Source: a virus
Direction: 5' to 3' (one strand)
Length of the DNA stretch: 64,000 bases
Virus record (IMG/VR): IMGVR_UViG_3300044949_002468
Coordinates: 2,250 to 66,249 of that record
Shown: piece by piece, positions 1-9,513 of the stretch
Position numbering within the stretch: the stretch's first letter is position 1
Layout of the letters: the number at the start of each line of letters is the position of its first letter
Notes under the pieces: model-generated
Told to the model about the DNA's origin: nothing
Databases searched by the model: none
Seen by the model: the letters and a program-made list of their open reading frames with translations, nothing else
Made by a program: the position numbers and the translations under genes

Positions 1-300
1 ACGCCACCCCCGTGCCTCCCACTTTTTTTTTTCACGGCACCGTCCGTGATTTTCCCTTTCCTCGCTGAAAAGGTGGGACGCCACCAATATCGGAAGCCTC
101 GTCGAACAAACGCGCGCGTGTTCGGAGGATTACCCGACGAGGAACCCTTTTTTGACACGGCTCCGTAGATTTCGCCGGTAACCCCGGCCACATTTCCTGC
201 GTTCCACCATCTACGCAGAACAAATGTGCATGGGCCGCGCCAATCGGCGCGTTTGCACAGGGCCATCCCGCGGTGGGCGGGGTGGCCCACCTCTTTCCGA

Positions 301-360
301 GTCACCCTCATCAGGTGGCCGTCTGACTTTTGTAAGTTCCGTCCGTGTTCGCGGAGCTTA
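301..360 (+). promoter_or_regulatory. Early promoter/leader motif copy 1 (GTCACCC-N17-GACTTTTG plus hairpin)
   Basis: Same motif and spacing recur at 2778-2835; hairpin TAAGTTCCG-N10-CGGAGCTTA; precedes the first early gene. Confidence 0.6.
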
Positions 361-392
361 CCCACCGAACCGAACACGCAAATCATTCAAAC

Positions 393-593
393 ATGAGCAA
401 ACACGAGTTCCTCACCTCGACTCTGACGCCCAACGTCGAAGTCGCGGGTCAATCGGTCGATGCCAAGCCCATGCAATACAGCACGGGTTCCGTCGGCTAC
501 AACCTCAACGGCAAAATCACTCTGCCCAACGGCATCCGCCTCCAAGTCTCCGGCAATGCCGTCGTTATCGGCAGCAAGGAGTGGTCGGCCTGA
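393..593 (+). CDS. Hypothetical protein (STGSVGYNLNGK motif)
   Basis: ATG at 393 after an A/C-rich leader; codon usage like the other early genes. Confidence 0.75.
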   Translation: MSKHEFLTSTLTPNVEVAGQSVDAKPMQYSTGSVGYNLNGKITLPNGIRLQVSGNAVVIGSKEWSA

Positions 594-600
594 TTCCCTC

Positions 601-626
601 GCGGCGGGTGGGCAACCACCCGCCGC
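601..626 (+). terminator. GC-rich hairpin with GCAA tetraloop (terminator or stabiliser)
   Basis: GCGGCGGGTGG-GCAA-CCACCCGCCGC just after the stop at 593; weak T-tract. Confidence 0.5.
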
Positions 627-1082
627 AATCAATTTTATGAAACCCATCCGTATCGTCCTGCACGTGGCCGTCATGCTGCTCAAGCCGTCCACGTGGAAAT
701 TCCAGCTCGCGGGCATTTACCGCGAGTTTCACCCGTGACGGCCATACCCGTCCGGATTCCCTCACCCTCGGTCTTCACGCTTCGCCGCGTGTTGTCCGAG
801 CGGATCTGCCACCTCTGGCCCGTGCGCCATAGCCGCGACCGCAACAAGCGCGACTACGCACGGGAAACCATCCGCCAGTTTGTCGGAATCATCCGCCAAC
901 TGTCCTGATTCATCCGCCAACAACCCAAAATCACCCGCTAACTATGAAATTCCGTCCCTACAACCTCGCCCGTCTCGTCACCGCCAAAGCCCTGCGCCCC
1001 CTGCCCAAATCCGAGCGCAAGCGCCGTCCCTACCGCCCCCTCACGTGGCAACCCTTCCGCATCCTGCTGGTCAATATCTGAC

Positions 1083-1259
1083 ATGAGCCTACAGCAATTC
1101 CTCAAAAAGAATCGGAAGCAAATCGACGAGTGCATCATTGAAGCCCTCGGGGGGGATCCCAAAAGCCACCGCTATCGCAATGATGAGGAGCGCCGTCTAT
1201 GGGTTCTCAACGACGAGGGTCTTTACAACTGGGCGCGCAACGAGGGTGTAGCCATATGA
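1083..1259 (+). CDS. Small phage protein (DEERRLWVLNDEGLYNWA)
   Basis: 58-aa ORF read manually; ATGA-coupled to the next gene. Confidence 0.65.
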   Translation: MSLQQFLKKNRKQIDECIIEALGGDPKSHRYRNDEERRLWVLNDEGLYNWARNEGVAI

Positions 1260-1489
1260 AGTTCGAGTTCTGCAGCACCGCCATCGGCTACTGGACGCGC
1301 ACGCGCACCATCGAAGCCGAATCGCTCGATGAAGCGCGCCGCAAACTCGACCATGATGATGAGACAGTCGAATACGAAGACGACTTGGAATCTGCTGAAT
1401 GCACCAGCGAGCAACTGACCGCCATCTGTGCCGATGGAAAAACGCACTTCATCGGACACGAGGGCAACGTAGTCGCCACCATTCCATGA
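1256..1489 (+). CDS. Hypothetical protein
   Basis: ATGA overlaps on both sides; IEAESLDEA motif typical of small phage proteins. Confidence 0.65.
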   Translation: MKFEFCSTAIGYWTRTRTIEAESLDEARRKLDHDDETVEYEDDLESAECTSEQLTAICADGKTHFIGHEGNVVATIP

Positions 1490-1665
1490 AACGCGTTCTG
1501 CCCCCCGCGCCTTTCGTGCGCAACAGCCACGGCGACAATCTCTGGCCTGCCGAAGTCTATATGCGCCTCTGGGCGCCACCGGAGCCGCGGCGCCTCAACG
1601 CCTTCCAGCGTTGGCTGCGCCGCCGCCGCATCAGCCGTCTGAGATTTCAAATTTCTAATCCATGA
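1486..1665 (+). CDS. Hypothetical protein
   Basis: ATGA coupling on both sides. Confidence 0.5.
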   Translation: MKRVLPPAPFVRNSHGDNLWPAEVYMRLWAPPEPRRLNAFQRWLRRRRISRLRFQISNP

Positions 1666-2018
1666 CAACATTCACCGACATCGAAGTAGTCAAAGACAAC
1701 ATTCGGCTCGTGTGGGAACACATCGGCGAAGGGTGGAACGGCGACTACAATGCCGAAGATCCCAATGACAAGCCTCTCCTGCGCTTCTCAATCGACTGGC
1801 GCAACAACGGCGATTGGGAAGGACTCGATGATGCTTCTTACTGCACGGGGCTACCCACCGACACCAGCCCCACCACGCTGCGCGAGTATGCCGATAGCAT
1901 CATAGCCAGCTTGAGCAGCACCAAAGAACAACCAACCGGACACAAACGCACCTTGGAGCGTTGGTCTTGGGTTGGGATTGAGGATGCCAACCTCCCCCAA
2001 GCCACCAACAACTCATGA
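1662..2018 (+). CDS. Hypothetical protein (IGEGWNGDYNAEDP..LLRF, DASYCT)
   Basis: ORF with ATGA coupling. Confidence 0.7.
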   Translation: MTTFTDIEVVKDNIRLVWEHIGEGWNGDYNAEDPNDKPLLRFSIDWRNNGDWEGLDDASYCTGLPTDTSPTTLREYADSIIASLSSTKEQPTGHKRTLERWSWVGIEDANLPQATNNS

Positions 2019-2266
2019 CTTGTCCCCAATGCGGGGGTCGCATGGAGCAAGGTCGCGCCGACCTTGGTTTGGCCGGATGCCTCTCCTGCGCGCAAGCCCG
2101 CCCCGTCACCCGCTATCGCGGCGCCATGATCTACGGACACAAGACTGCCGGTGCCGTCTGCCTCATGTCGCCTGACGAATTTTCCCGCTACAAAAAACTC
2201 ACCAACCGAAAAGGACAATCCAGCGTCCTGCGCAACGTGCTGGTCGCCGCCGGGAGAGCCTTGTGA
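2015..2266 (+). CDS. Zn-finger protein (CxxC...CxxC)
   Basis: CPQC and CLSC motifs; coupled. Confidence 0.65.
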   Translation: MTCPQCGGRMEQGRADLGLAGCLSCAQARPVTRYRGAMIYGHKTAGAVCLMSPDEFSRYKKLTNRKGQSSVLRNVLVAAGRAL

Positions 2267-2778
2267 AAAAACTAACCAGTAAATATCTCACCCACGCCAA
2301 ACTCGTCACCATCCGAGCCTGCGAATCACCTGCCCCCAGCATCGGCACCCCCGAAAAAGTTCACGGCCTCTGGCAAGACCACGTGACCAAGACCGACTGG
2401 TATGAATCCCACCGCGAGCACTTCGTCCTATTCACCATGGACACCCGCTATCGCGCCACCGGCTTATTCCTTATCTCCGTTGGCACATTATCCGAGACGC
2501 TGGTGCATCCGCGCGAGGTCATGCGCCCTGCCATCGTTGCCGGTGCCTATGGCATGGTCGTCGCTCACAATCACCCATCCGGTGACCCGACCCCCAGCGA
2601 AGCCGACCGATCCATGACGCGCAAGATCCGCGAGTGTGCCGACCTTTTCCAGATACAACTCCTCGATCACCTGATTGTCGGTGAGGCCGCCGTGACCAAT
2701 GCGCCGGTGCCGAGGGGAGCGCCGGGGCAGCGATCCGTCCCGCCATACTTCAGCTTCAAAGAGCACGGGTTGATTTAG
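2263..2778 (+). CDS. radC: RadC-like JAB domain protein
   Basis: VHPREV, HNHPSGDPTPSEAD and LLDHLIV motifs. Confidence 0.9.
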   Translation: MKKLTSKYLTHAKLVTIRACESPAPSIGTPEKVHGLWQDHVTKTDWYESHREHFVLFTMDTRYRATGLFLISVGTLSETLVHPREVMRPAIVAGAYGMVVAHNHPSGDPTPSEADRSMTRKIRECADLFQIQLLDHLIVGEAAVTNAPVPRGAPGQRSVPPYFSFKEHGLI

Positions 2779-2835
2779 TCACCCGCTCCAGATCCACCCC
2801 CGACTTTTGTAAGTCCGTTCGCGTTCGCGGACTTA
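2778..2835 (+). promoter_or_regulatory. Early promoter/leader motif copy 2
   Basis: GTCACCC-N17-GACTTTTG then perfect hairpin TAAGTCCG-N10-CGGACTTA, upstream of the 2867 operon. Confidence 0.6.
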
Positions 2836-2866
2836 TCCTATTGTTGAACGCATCTCCATACCGCAC

Positions 2867-3742
2867 ATGATCGACACCATCGCCTCAAAAGTGCTCGTCG
2901 TGAAGCCGTCCATCAGCATGGTGGGCAAAAGCGTCACCGACGAAACACTGACCAACGAGGTGCAGTCCGAGCATAGCATCGGACGCGATGGCGGCGCATG
3001 GGTCAAAAAGCTCTACCCGTCCAAACACGGCGAGCCGTCCGCCCTCGCTGCCATCAACTCCATCGTCACCCAAGCCCGCAAGTTCCACGGGATGCAGACT
3101 CTGCGCTCATCCTTCGGCGATTTGCTGCCTTCGGTGGCTTACTCCGACTACACCGACCGCATGGAGGAATTCCGGAAGAAGTTCGATGACGAAGCCGACT
3201 ACTTCGCCGTCCGCTTCCCGCAGATCCTCGCTGATTGCGCCGAAGTTCTCAACGGCACCTTCGACCGCAAAAACTACCCGAGCGAATACAACGTCCGCTC
3301 GCGCTTCAACTTCACCTTGGCCACGGCGCCGCTGCCCCGTAGCAGCGACATGCTTGTGAAATACTTGGGTGAGGAACAAACCGCCGCCGTCCAAGCCAAC
3401 CTCGCCCGACAGGTCGAGATTGCCGCCAAAAACGGCGTGAAACAAGCCATGGAACGCGTGCTCCAACAGGTCGCCCACATCACCGATGTCCTGACCCGAC
3501 CAAGCACGAAAATCTACGATAGTCTCATCGAAAACCTCGCTGACCTGCTCAAGCTCGTTCCGGCCTTCAACCTCACCAACGACCCGCAGCTCTCCCAGCT
3601 CGTCCACCGCTGCCAAGCCGATCTGCTCGTCGCACCGGATGTCCTGCGCGATAGCGCCGTCAACCGCACCATCGTCGCCAGCAAGGCCAAGGTCATCGCC
3701 GACACCTTCGGCGGCCTCGGCAACCGCAAACTCGCGGCGTGA
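2867..3742 (+). CDS. Helical phage protein, possibly DUF3150-like; C-terminus RKLAA
   Basis: 291-aa ORF with strong codon bias; first gene of the AAA module. Confidence 0.75.
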   Translation: MIDTIASKVLVVKPSISMVGKSVTDETLTNEVQSEHSIGRDGGAWVKKLYPSKHGEPSALAAINSIVTQARKFHGMQTLRSSFGDLLPSVAYSDYTDRMEEFRKKFDDEADYFAVRFPQILADCAEVLNGTFDRKNYPSEYNVRSRFNFTLATAPLPRSSDMLVKYLGEEQTAAVQANLARQVEIAAKNGVKQAMERVLQQVAHITDVLTRPSTKIYDSLIENLADLLKLVPAFNLTNDPQLSQLVHRCQADLLVAPDVLRDSAVNRTIVASKAKVIADTFGGLGNRKLAA

Positions 3743-3889
3743 ACTGCATCATCCGGCGACTCCTGCAAGAAGCCGATATTCTCCTCACGGACGGCGAGAG
3801 CCTTACCTCTCTCGCCGTCCAATGGGGCGAGGACGATTCCACTTACCTCTGGGCCAGCCAAGTGCGCGCCCTTCTTCACCAAACCGCTT

Positions 3890-4327
3890 ATGTCACACGT
3901 AGCGAAAATACAACTGCAAATCACCGACCTTGACGCCCTCGATGCGGCTTGCCGCGAACTGGGCCTTACCCTGACCCGCGACCAACGCACCTACCAATGG
4001 TTCGGCAGGCACGTGGGCGACTACCCGCTGCCCGATGGTTTTACCCAGCATGACCTCGGACGCTGCGAGCACGCCATCAAAGTGCCAGGCACCACTTGGG
4101 AAATCGGCGTGGCCCGTGCTCGCGGCCACAACCACTACACCCTGCTCTTCGACTTCTACGGCTCCCAAGGCCGACCGATCAGCAATGCCATCGGCGGCAA
4201 CGAAGGCACCAAACTCAAACGAGCGTATGCCACCCAAGCCGCCATCCAACAAGCAAGAAAGCAAGGCTGGACCTACACCCGCCGCGACCTCAACGGCAAA
4301 ACCAAGCTGACCATCAATGTCCCATAG
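3890..4327 (+). CDS. DUF1257 (Ycf35-like) protein
   Basis: MSHxxxI...ITDLDALxxAcxxLG N-terminus; YA..A...A...G C-terminus. Confidence 0.8.
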   Translation: MSHVAKIQLQITDLDALDAACRELGLTLTRDQRTYQWFGRHVGDYPLPDGFTQHDLGRCEHAIKVPGTTWEIGVARARGHNHYTLLFDFYGSQGRPISNAIGGNEGTKLKRAYATQAAIQQARKQGWTYTRRDLNGKTKLTINVP

Positions 4328-4514
4328 CGACCAAGCCATCGAACAACACGAAGCCCGCGAAGCCTTAATCGCTGCGCTTCGTCAGTGTCTTGTCCCCTTG
4401 CAAGACGCCCAGAACAACATGCGATCCGCTCGCGCCGCCGAAGCCTTCGTTACGGCCAAACGCGCCATCGCCACTGCTGAAGGATGGAATCCTGCCGGAC
4501 CTTTTCCATCATGA
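4317..4514 (+). CDS. Hypothetical protein
   Basis: Fills the gap between DUF1257 and DUF2997; coupled. Confidence 0.5.
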   Translation: MSHSDQAIEQHEAREALIAALRQCLVPLQDAQNNMRSARAAEAFVTAKRAIATAEGWNPAGPFPS

Positions 4515-4696
4515 AAACCATCGAAATCACCATCGACGCAGAGGGCAAGACCATCGTGGAAGCAAACGGCTTCACCGGATCGTCCTGCACCGATGCCACC
4601 CAAGCCATCGAACGCGCCCTCGGCGCCGTCAGCCATGACACCAAAAAACCGGAATACTACCAAACCGCCCACGTTCAAGCACATCAACGTGCGTAA
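4511..4696 (+). CDS. DUF2997 protein
   Basis: IEITIDAEG...GFTGSSCTDATQAIERALG...KPEYY. Confidence 0.85.
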   Translation: MKTIEITIDAEGKTIVEANGFTGSSCTDATQAIERALGAVSHDTKKPEYYQTAHVQAHQRA

Positions 4697-4832
4697 TTAC
4701 TGCGCGCGGTGCGGCGGCGAATTGCCCAAATATCCCGCCCTCTCCCGAAGAGACAACCACACCCGCATTTGTTCCGACTGCGGCTTCCTTGAAGCTATGG
4801 AGGACGCCGGAATGTCCATCCGCTACCCATGA
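4689..4832 (+). CDS. Small Zn-finger protein
   Basis: CARCG..PALSRRDN..ICSDCG. Confidence 0.65.
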   Translation: MRNYCARCGGELPKYPALSRRDNHTRICSDCGFLEAMEDAGMSIRYP

Positions 4833-5005
4833 AATTCCGCATTACGGCCACCTACGAGACTTACTGCTACCTCGATGTCGAAGCCGACACCCTTGAGCAA
4901 GCCCTCGACACCGCCCACAACACCGACGGCGGGGATTGGACCAACATGGACTACGGCGATTGGCACATCGACCAAGAACCTCAACACCTCAACACATCTC
5001 CATGA
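4829..5005 (+). CDS. Small protein (VEADTLEQA motif)
   Basis: 58-aa ORF read manually; ATGA overlaps at both ends. Confidence 0.6.
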   Translation: MKFRITATYETYCYLDVEADTLEQALDTAHNTDGGDWTNMDYGDWHIDQEPQHLNTSP

Positions 5006-5235
5006 CGCTAACCATCACCCATGAAGGGGACATCGTGACCCTCTACGATGACCGCTTACATAAGTTGAGCCTCGGCCGCATGACCATGCGGCGCGCTTCC
5101 CACGTGGAATTCAACGCCGCCTCACAGGAATGGGAAGTCTCCCTCCCTGACACCTCCGGCGAAGTCATCTTTGCTCACCCCGACCGATCCACCTGCCTCG
5201 CATGGGAACGCGAATACTTCACCGAACGCTTATGA
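5002..5235 (+). CDS. Small protein with RRASHVE motif (AAA-module associated)
   Basis: LGRMTMRRASHVEF...CLAWE; coupled. Confidence 0.7.
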   Translation: MTLTITHEGDIVTLYDDRLHKLSLGRMTMRRASHVEFNAASQEWEVSLPDTSGEVIFAHPDRSTCLAWEREYFTERL

Positions 5236-5429
5236 CCCTCGCCGCCATCGCCAAGAATCCGTGCCGCCATCCGGCGGTTCTTTTCCCCGAACGCTACCGC
5301 CAACGCATCTACGAGCTGATGCACCTTTACAGCTGCGATCACTCGGACGCCGAAGGCATCGCCGAAGTCGAATACTGCGAACTCGGCCACATCCCAAAAC
5401 CATCTACCGATGAAATCCCGCATCATTAA
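5232..5429 (+). CDS. Hypothetical protein
   Basis: Coupled ORF. Confidence 0.5.
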   Translation: MTLAAIAKNPCRHPAVLFPERYRQRIYELMHLYSCDHSDAEGIAEVEYCELGHIPKPSTDEIPHH

Positions 5430-6927
5430 CTACCTCAAAGCCGGTTATCCCGGCCTTGCCCTGCAATCGCACGAGGAGCACCGCTGCCAAGCCATGATCC
5501 GCTCGGTCGCCGCCGACCTCGAATACAACCTGTATTCATGGAGCATCACGACCGGACGCACCGACGTAAATACCGGCGCAGGATTCGGCGAGGACGGCAA
5601 CCCCATCGAAGTCTTCGACGGCATCATTGCCGCACCGGAGAAAAGCATTGTCCTGCTCAACGACTACCACCACTTCCTCGACCAGCCCAATCCGGTCATC
5701 TACCGCAAATTCAAGGAAGTGCTCTGGCACGCCAAAGCATCGCAAAAATGCATCATCCTGCTCGCTCCGACCATCAAGCTGCCGCCCGACCTTGAAAAGC
5801 TGATCGTGTTGCTCGACTTCGAGCTACCCACCAGGGACGAGCTGACCAGCGTGATCGACACTTTATGTAAGTCGAACGACCGCCCGATGCCCGATGAGCA
5901 AACGCTGGGCAAGGTGCTCGATGCGCTCTCCGGCCTCACCACCACCGAAGCGGAGGATGCCCTCGCCCTCACCATCATCGAAACCGGCACCTTCGACACC
6001 AAGATCATCACCCGCGAGAAAGCTGCCGCCGTGAAGAAGAATGGCCTCCTCGAAATCATCGAACCCAAGCTGACCCTCGATGATGTCGGCGGCCTCGATG
6101 TCCTCAAAGCCGACCTCCTCTCCAAGCGCAAACTCTTCACGCCGGAAGCACGGCGTGCCGGTGTCGAACCACCGCGCGGCTTTCTCTTCGTCGGCCAAGC
6201 GGGCACCGGCAAATCCCTCACCAGCCAAGTCTGCGGCAGCAACTTCGGCATCCCGACCTTGCGCCTCGATGCGGGTAACATCTTCGCCTCCCTCGTCGGC
6301 GAATCCGAACGCAACTGGCGCACCGCCTTCGCCACGGCCAAAGCCATCGCCCCCTGCGTGTTCTGGATCGACGAGGTTGACGGCCTCACCTCCGGTGCCG
6401 CTTCCAGCGGCAAAACGGACGGCGGCACGACCAACCGCGTCTTCAAATCCATCCTGCAGGATATGCAATACAACTCGCACGGGATCTTCTTCGTCTTCAC
6501 CGCGAATGACATCGACGCCATCCCCGACCCGCTGATTGACCGCCTCAAAGTCTGGTCCGTCGAACTGCCCAATGCCGACGAACGCGAAGCCATCTGGCGC
6601 ATCCACATCCCCAAGCTGCGCGAGGAGCAAACTGAGCCGTGGGACATCAACAAGTTCGACCTTCCCACACTCTCCGCCGCCACCGAAGGCTTCTCCGGTC
6701 GCCAGATCGAAGACGCATGGCGCAAGGCCATCGAACTCGCCTTCAACGCCGGACGTGCGCCCGGCATGGTGGATTGCGTTGACGCACTCTCCGGCTTCAC
6801 CCCAACCAGCGTCACCATGATCGAGCAGATCGAAGCCCGGCGCCGCCGCCTTGCCGGTAAAGCAACCAACGCCTCCACCCCCACGCCAACCAAAACTAAC
6901 ACCAACATCCGCAAACTCGCCGCATGA
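5410..6927 (+). CDS. Ycf46-like AAA+ ATPase; C-terminus RKLAA
   Basis: Degenerate N-terminal AAA domain (YPGLAL..HEE..R, LNDYHHFL); DDVGGLD, Walker A GQAGTGKS, Walker B WIDEVD, TAND. Confidence 0.9.
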   Translation: MKSRIINYLKAGYPGLALQSHEEHRCQAMIRSVAADLEYNLYSWSITTGRTDVNTGAGFGEDGNPIEVFDGIIAAPEKSIVLLNDYHHFLDQPNPVIYRKFKEVLWHAKASQKCIILLAPTIKLPPDLEKLIVLLDFELPTRDELTSVIDTLCKSNDRPMPDEQTLGKVLDALSGLTTTEAEDALALTIIETGTFDTKIITREKAAAVKKNGLLEIIEPKLTLDDVGGLDVLKADLLSKRKLFTPEARRAGVEPPRGFLFVGQAGTGKSLTSQVCGSNFGIPTLRLDAGNIFASLVGESERNWRTAFATAKAIAPCVFWIDEVDGLTSGAASSGKTDGGTTNRVFKSILQDMQYNSHGIFFVFTANDIDAIPDPLIDRLKVWSVELPNADEREAIWRIHIPKLREEQTEPWDINKFDLPTLSAATEGFSGRQIEDAWRKAIELAFNAGRAPGMVDCVDALSGFTPTSVTMIEQIEARRRRLAGKATNASTPTPTKTNTNIRKLAA

Positions 6928-7109
6928 AGAACTTCACCGTCTTTACGATCTTCTTCGCCGCTTCTTGGTTCCTCGGAGCCACACCCATCATCATCGGCGT
7001 CTTCCTCGTCTATGGCATCGCGTGGCTTCTTGCTCGCAACAGCCGACCAGCGCCTCCAAGCCCGCCGCCGCCAACCTTCGGCAATGGCTCACGCAAACTG
7101 CATTTATGA
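6924..7109 (+). CDS. Small membrane protein
   Basis: Hydrophobic N-terminus; coupled. Confidence 0.55.
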   Translation: MKNFTVFTIFFAASWFLGATPIIIGVFLVYGIAWLLARNSRPAPPSPPPPTFGNGSRKLHL

Positions 7110-7465
7110 AAACACAGACAAGCAGCAGATTCACCACGGACCACAAAGAACCCATCCTCGCCTTGTTAGACCAGATCGGCGGCGATGGTCACTCCGTCTA
7201 CAAACCGACCATCTTGGCTGCCTTTCCCAAGGAGATCCAAGACCGGTTCACCCACGAGATCAAATCCGACGAGAGCGACTGGAAAAGCACGCTCCGTGAC
7301 CACGATGGCAACATCATCAAATCCATCGTCGCCGTCTACTCCCTCTCTGTGCATGAGGGCATCTGTGCCGATTTCGGCCTGACGGAACATCGCCAGTATA
7401 ACGGCAGGGGATTCCGCGCCCAAGCCTGTTGCGCCGCTATTCGCCGCCACTTGGAACAATCATGA
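7106..7465 (+). CDS. Hypothetical protein
   Basis: ATGA coupling; GRGF motif. Confidence 0.7.
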   Translation: MKTQTSSRFTTDHKEPILALLDQIGGDGHSVYKPTILAAFPKEIQDRFTHEIKSDESDWKSTLRDHDGNIIKSIVAVYSLSVHEGICADFGLTEHRQYNGRGFRAQACCAAIRRHLEQS

Positions 7466-7977
7466 AACCAACCACCACCACCATCGACGTTCAAGAAATT
7501 GTCGATGCGTTCCGCGCGCAAGAGCAGGAACGTCTCGACCGTGAATCTGCCGAGCGCCGTCACCGCTTGCAGCAGATAGTAGACAACCGCGACAAGTGCC
7601 GCTGGGCACTTCAAGCCATCATAAAACCTCTGTGGCCCGCCGTCCTTGCGTTGCCGCACGGTAAATTCAATGCAGACGCCTTCGGTGATCCTGTCATTTT
7701 TGACACCGACCATGCCGCCGTCTTTATCGAGTTCAGCACTGTTGCGACGGCATACCTCTACCCTGTAGACCGCAAGCTTGAAGTGTGGTGGCGCCCACAC
7801 TCCCAAAGCGTCATGTTCACGCTTAAACACGGCAAGCGTGGAGGATGCCTGCTGGATCCCGTTGGCAAACGGCATCCGCTTGGCCATGAGACTTACGAGA
7901 ACCCTGCCGATCTCATCGTGCGGATTGCCGAATGGGCGGGGATCTGCAAAGCGCGGCAACCAAAGGAATGGTCATGA
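7462..7977 (+). CDS. Hypothetical protein
   Basis: ATGA coupling. Confidence 0.65.
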   Translation: MKPTTTTIDVQEIVDAFRAQEQERLDRESAERRHRLQQIVDNRDKCRWALQAIIKPLWPAVLALPHGKFNADAFGDPVIFDTDHAAVFIEFSTVATAYLYPVDRKLEVWWRPHSQSVMFTLKHGKRGGCLLDPVGKRHPLGHETYENPADLIVRIAEWAGICKARQPKEWS

Positions 7978-8231
7978 CCAACGAAGATATCGTAGACGCC
8001 CTCGATCGCCTGACCAAAGCGGTCGATACCATCAACCTCCAACCACGGCGGCGCTACCACTACGCCACACTCCCTGCCGAGGATGTCCTCCAATCGGCGC
8101 GCGTCTGCACCGATCCCGACAGCTACACCGCCGACGATCCGATCAGTGCCGCCGCCCGTGACCTCCTCAAACAAGGCTACCGATGGGTGCGTTGCGACCA
8201 CGGCCTCGCCGTATTCGAGAAACAGGCATGA
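7974..8231 (+). CDS. Hypothetical protein
   Basis: ATGA coupling. Confidence 0.65.
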   Translation: MTNEDIVDALDRLTKAVDTINLQPRRRYHYATLPAEDVLQSARVCTDPDSYTADDPISAAARDLLKQGYRWVRCDHGLAVFEKQA

Positions 8232-8575
8232 CCGACACCGACGAACTTCCGTTTATCTTCGACGAACTCGACCACATTTACCTGGCCGAACGCATCGAAT
8301 ACCACCTCCAATCTATGCGGGTCTGCTGGCCCGAGTGGGACGGACCCAAAGTGGGCGGACGCTGCGAAGTCCATAGCGGGGTTGTCCATAGCCTGACCCA
8401 CAACGAAACCCGCTACCACTACATGGCCCCCTGCGTCCTGCTCGCCAATGACGGCGAATACTGGACCGCCCGTGTCGATTACGACCACGGATGGTGCAAG
8501 GAAGCCTACAACGGAGAAATGCTACGACTCCATATCACCGACATCTGGGCGCCCGTTGGCCTATTACGCTCATGA
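8228..8575 (+). CDS. Hypothetical protein
   Basis: ATGA coupling. Confidence 0.65.
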   Translation: MTDTDELPFIFDELDHIYLAERIEYHLQSMRVCWPEWDGPKVGGRCEVHSGVVHSLTHNETRYHYMAPCVLLANDGEYWTARVDYDHGWCKEAYNGEMLRLHITDIWAPVGLLRS

Positions 8576-8940
8576 AAGATCCGATCATGATCCTGCTCCG
8601 CAACAGCGGCGTCGATCTCTCCGCTTACGGCGCCGACAGCTATTCGCTCGAAGATGGCTGCTACTTCTTCGTCCGCTATGTCGAAATCATGGGCGACTCC
8701 GCCAAAGACTCCGCAGGGTTCTTCTTGGAGTTTCTATCTTGCGACCACGAGGCGGAACACGGATGCGTCGAAGTCACCCGTCATAAGCACCTCATCCGCG
8801 ACTCCGGCAATGGCTATCTGCAATACCATTGCCACGGACGCGCCTACGACTACTTGGACATCTTCGACGCCAAGCACGCCAAAAGCGCGCTCTACCCCAA
8901 ACACCTCCTCGTCCCTACACCAACTTATGACAGCACCTAA
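8572..8940 (+). CDS. Hypothetical protein
   Basis: ATGA coupling. Confidence 0.6.
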   Translation: MKDPIMILLRNSGVDLSAYGADSYSLEDGCYFFVRYVEIMGDSAKDSAGFFLEFLSCDHEAEHGCVEVTRHKHLIRDSGNGYLQYHCHGRAYDYLDIFDAKHAKSALYPKHLLVPTPTYDST

Positions 8941-9316
8941 CCTGACCTACCTCTGGCGCTTTGTCGCCAAAGACACCCAGCAAGACGAAGATGGCTTCTG
9001 GTATGGTCACTCCTTCTGGCGTGACCTCAAAACCGGACGCGTTTCCATCTGCGATATGTCCGGCGACCGACCGGATCTCACCGATGACGGCGTGCTCTGG
9101 ATCGACACCCACAAACCTTGGGTTCTCACTGACCGACAAGGCAAACTGCGGGTGGACGTTCCCCTGCTCGCCGACGACGAGAGGCCGACCGGCACCTTCA
9201 TGTGCGGATACGATGGCGTCCGTATCGCCCAGAAGCTCGGCGCGCAAATCAAGGTCGATGCGACAAGCGACATCGGCAAACTCCTGCCCCTCATCCGCAG
9301 CTACCACGTGGAATGA
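8927..9316 (+). CDS. Hypothetical protein (DMSGDRPDLTDDGVLWID)
   Basis: ORF with early-region codon usage. Confidence 0.65.
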   Translation: MTAPNLTYLWRFVAKDTQQDEDGFWYGHSFWRDLKTGRVSICDMSGDRPDLTDDGVLWIDTHKPWVLTDRQGKLRVDVPLLADDERPTGTFMCGYDGVRIAQKLGAQIKVDATSDIGKLLPLIRSYHVE

Positions 9317-9513
9317 CAACCTTTCTATGATAACAAACCTTGTAGGTGTCTATACACGCACACATCCCGCTCATGCGTGGATGTTTGAACAGCAATGTAG
9401 CCCAGACATGGCCGAGATTGCCCGACAAATGAATCAAGGCTTCGGCGGCGTCCAAACACTCGTTGTGCCACCAGTCGATGGACAATTCCCGCAGTGGCTC
9501 TGCTCAACCTCCA

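Noticed and set aside
5700-6914. 404-aa and 255-aa - strand ORFs
   Set aside because: Shadows of the AAA ATPase.
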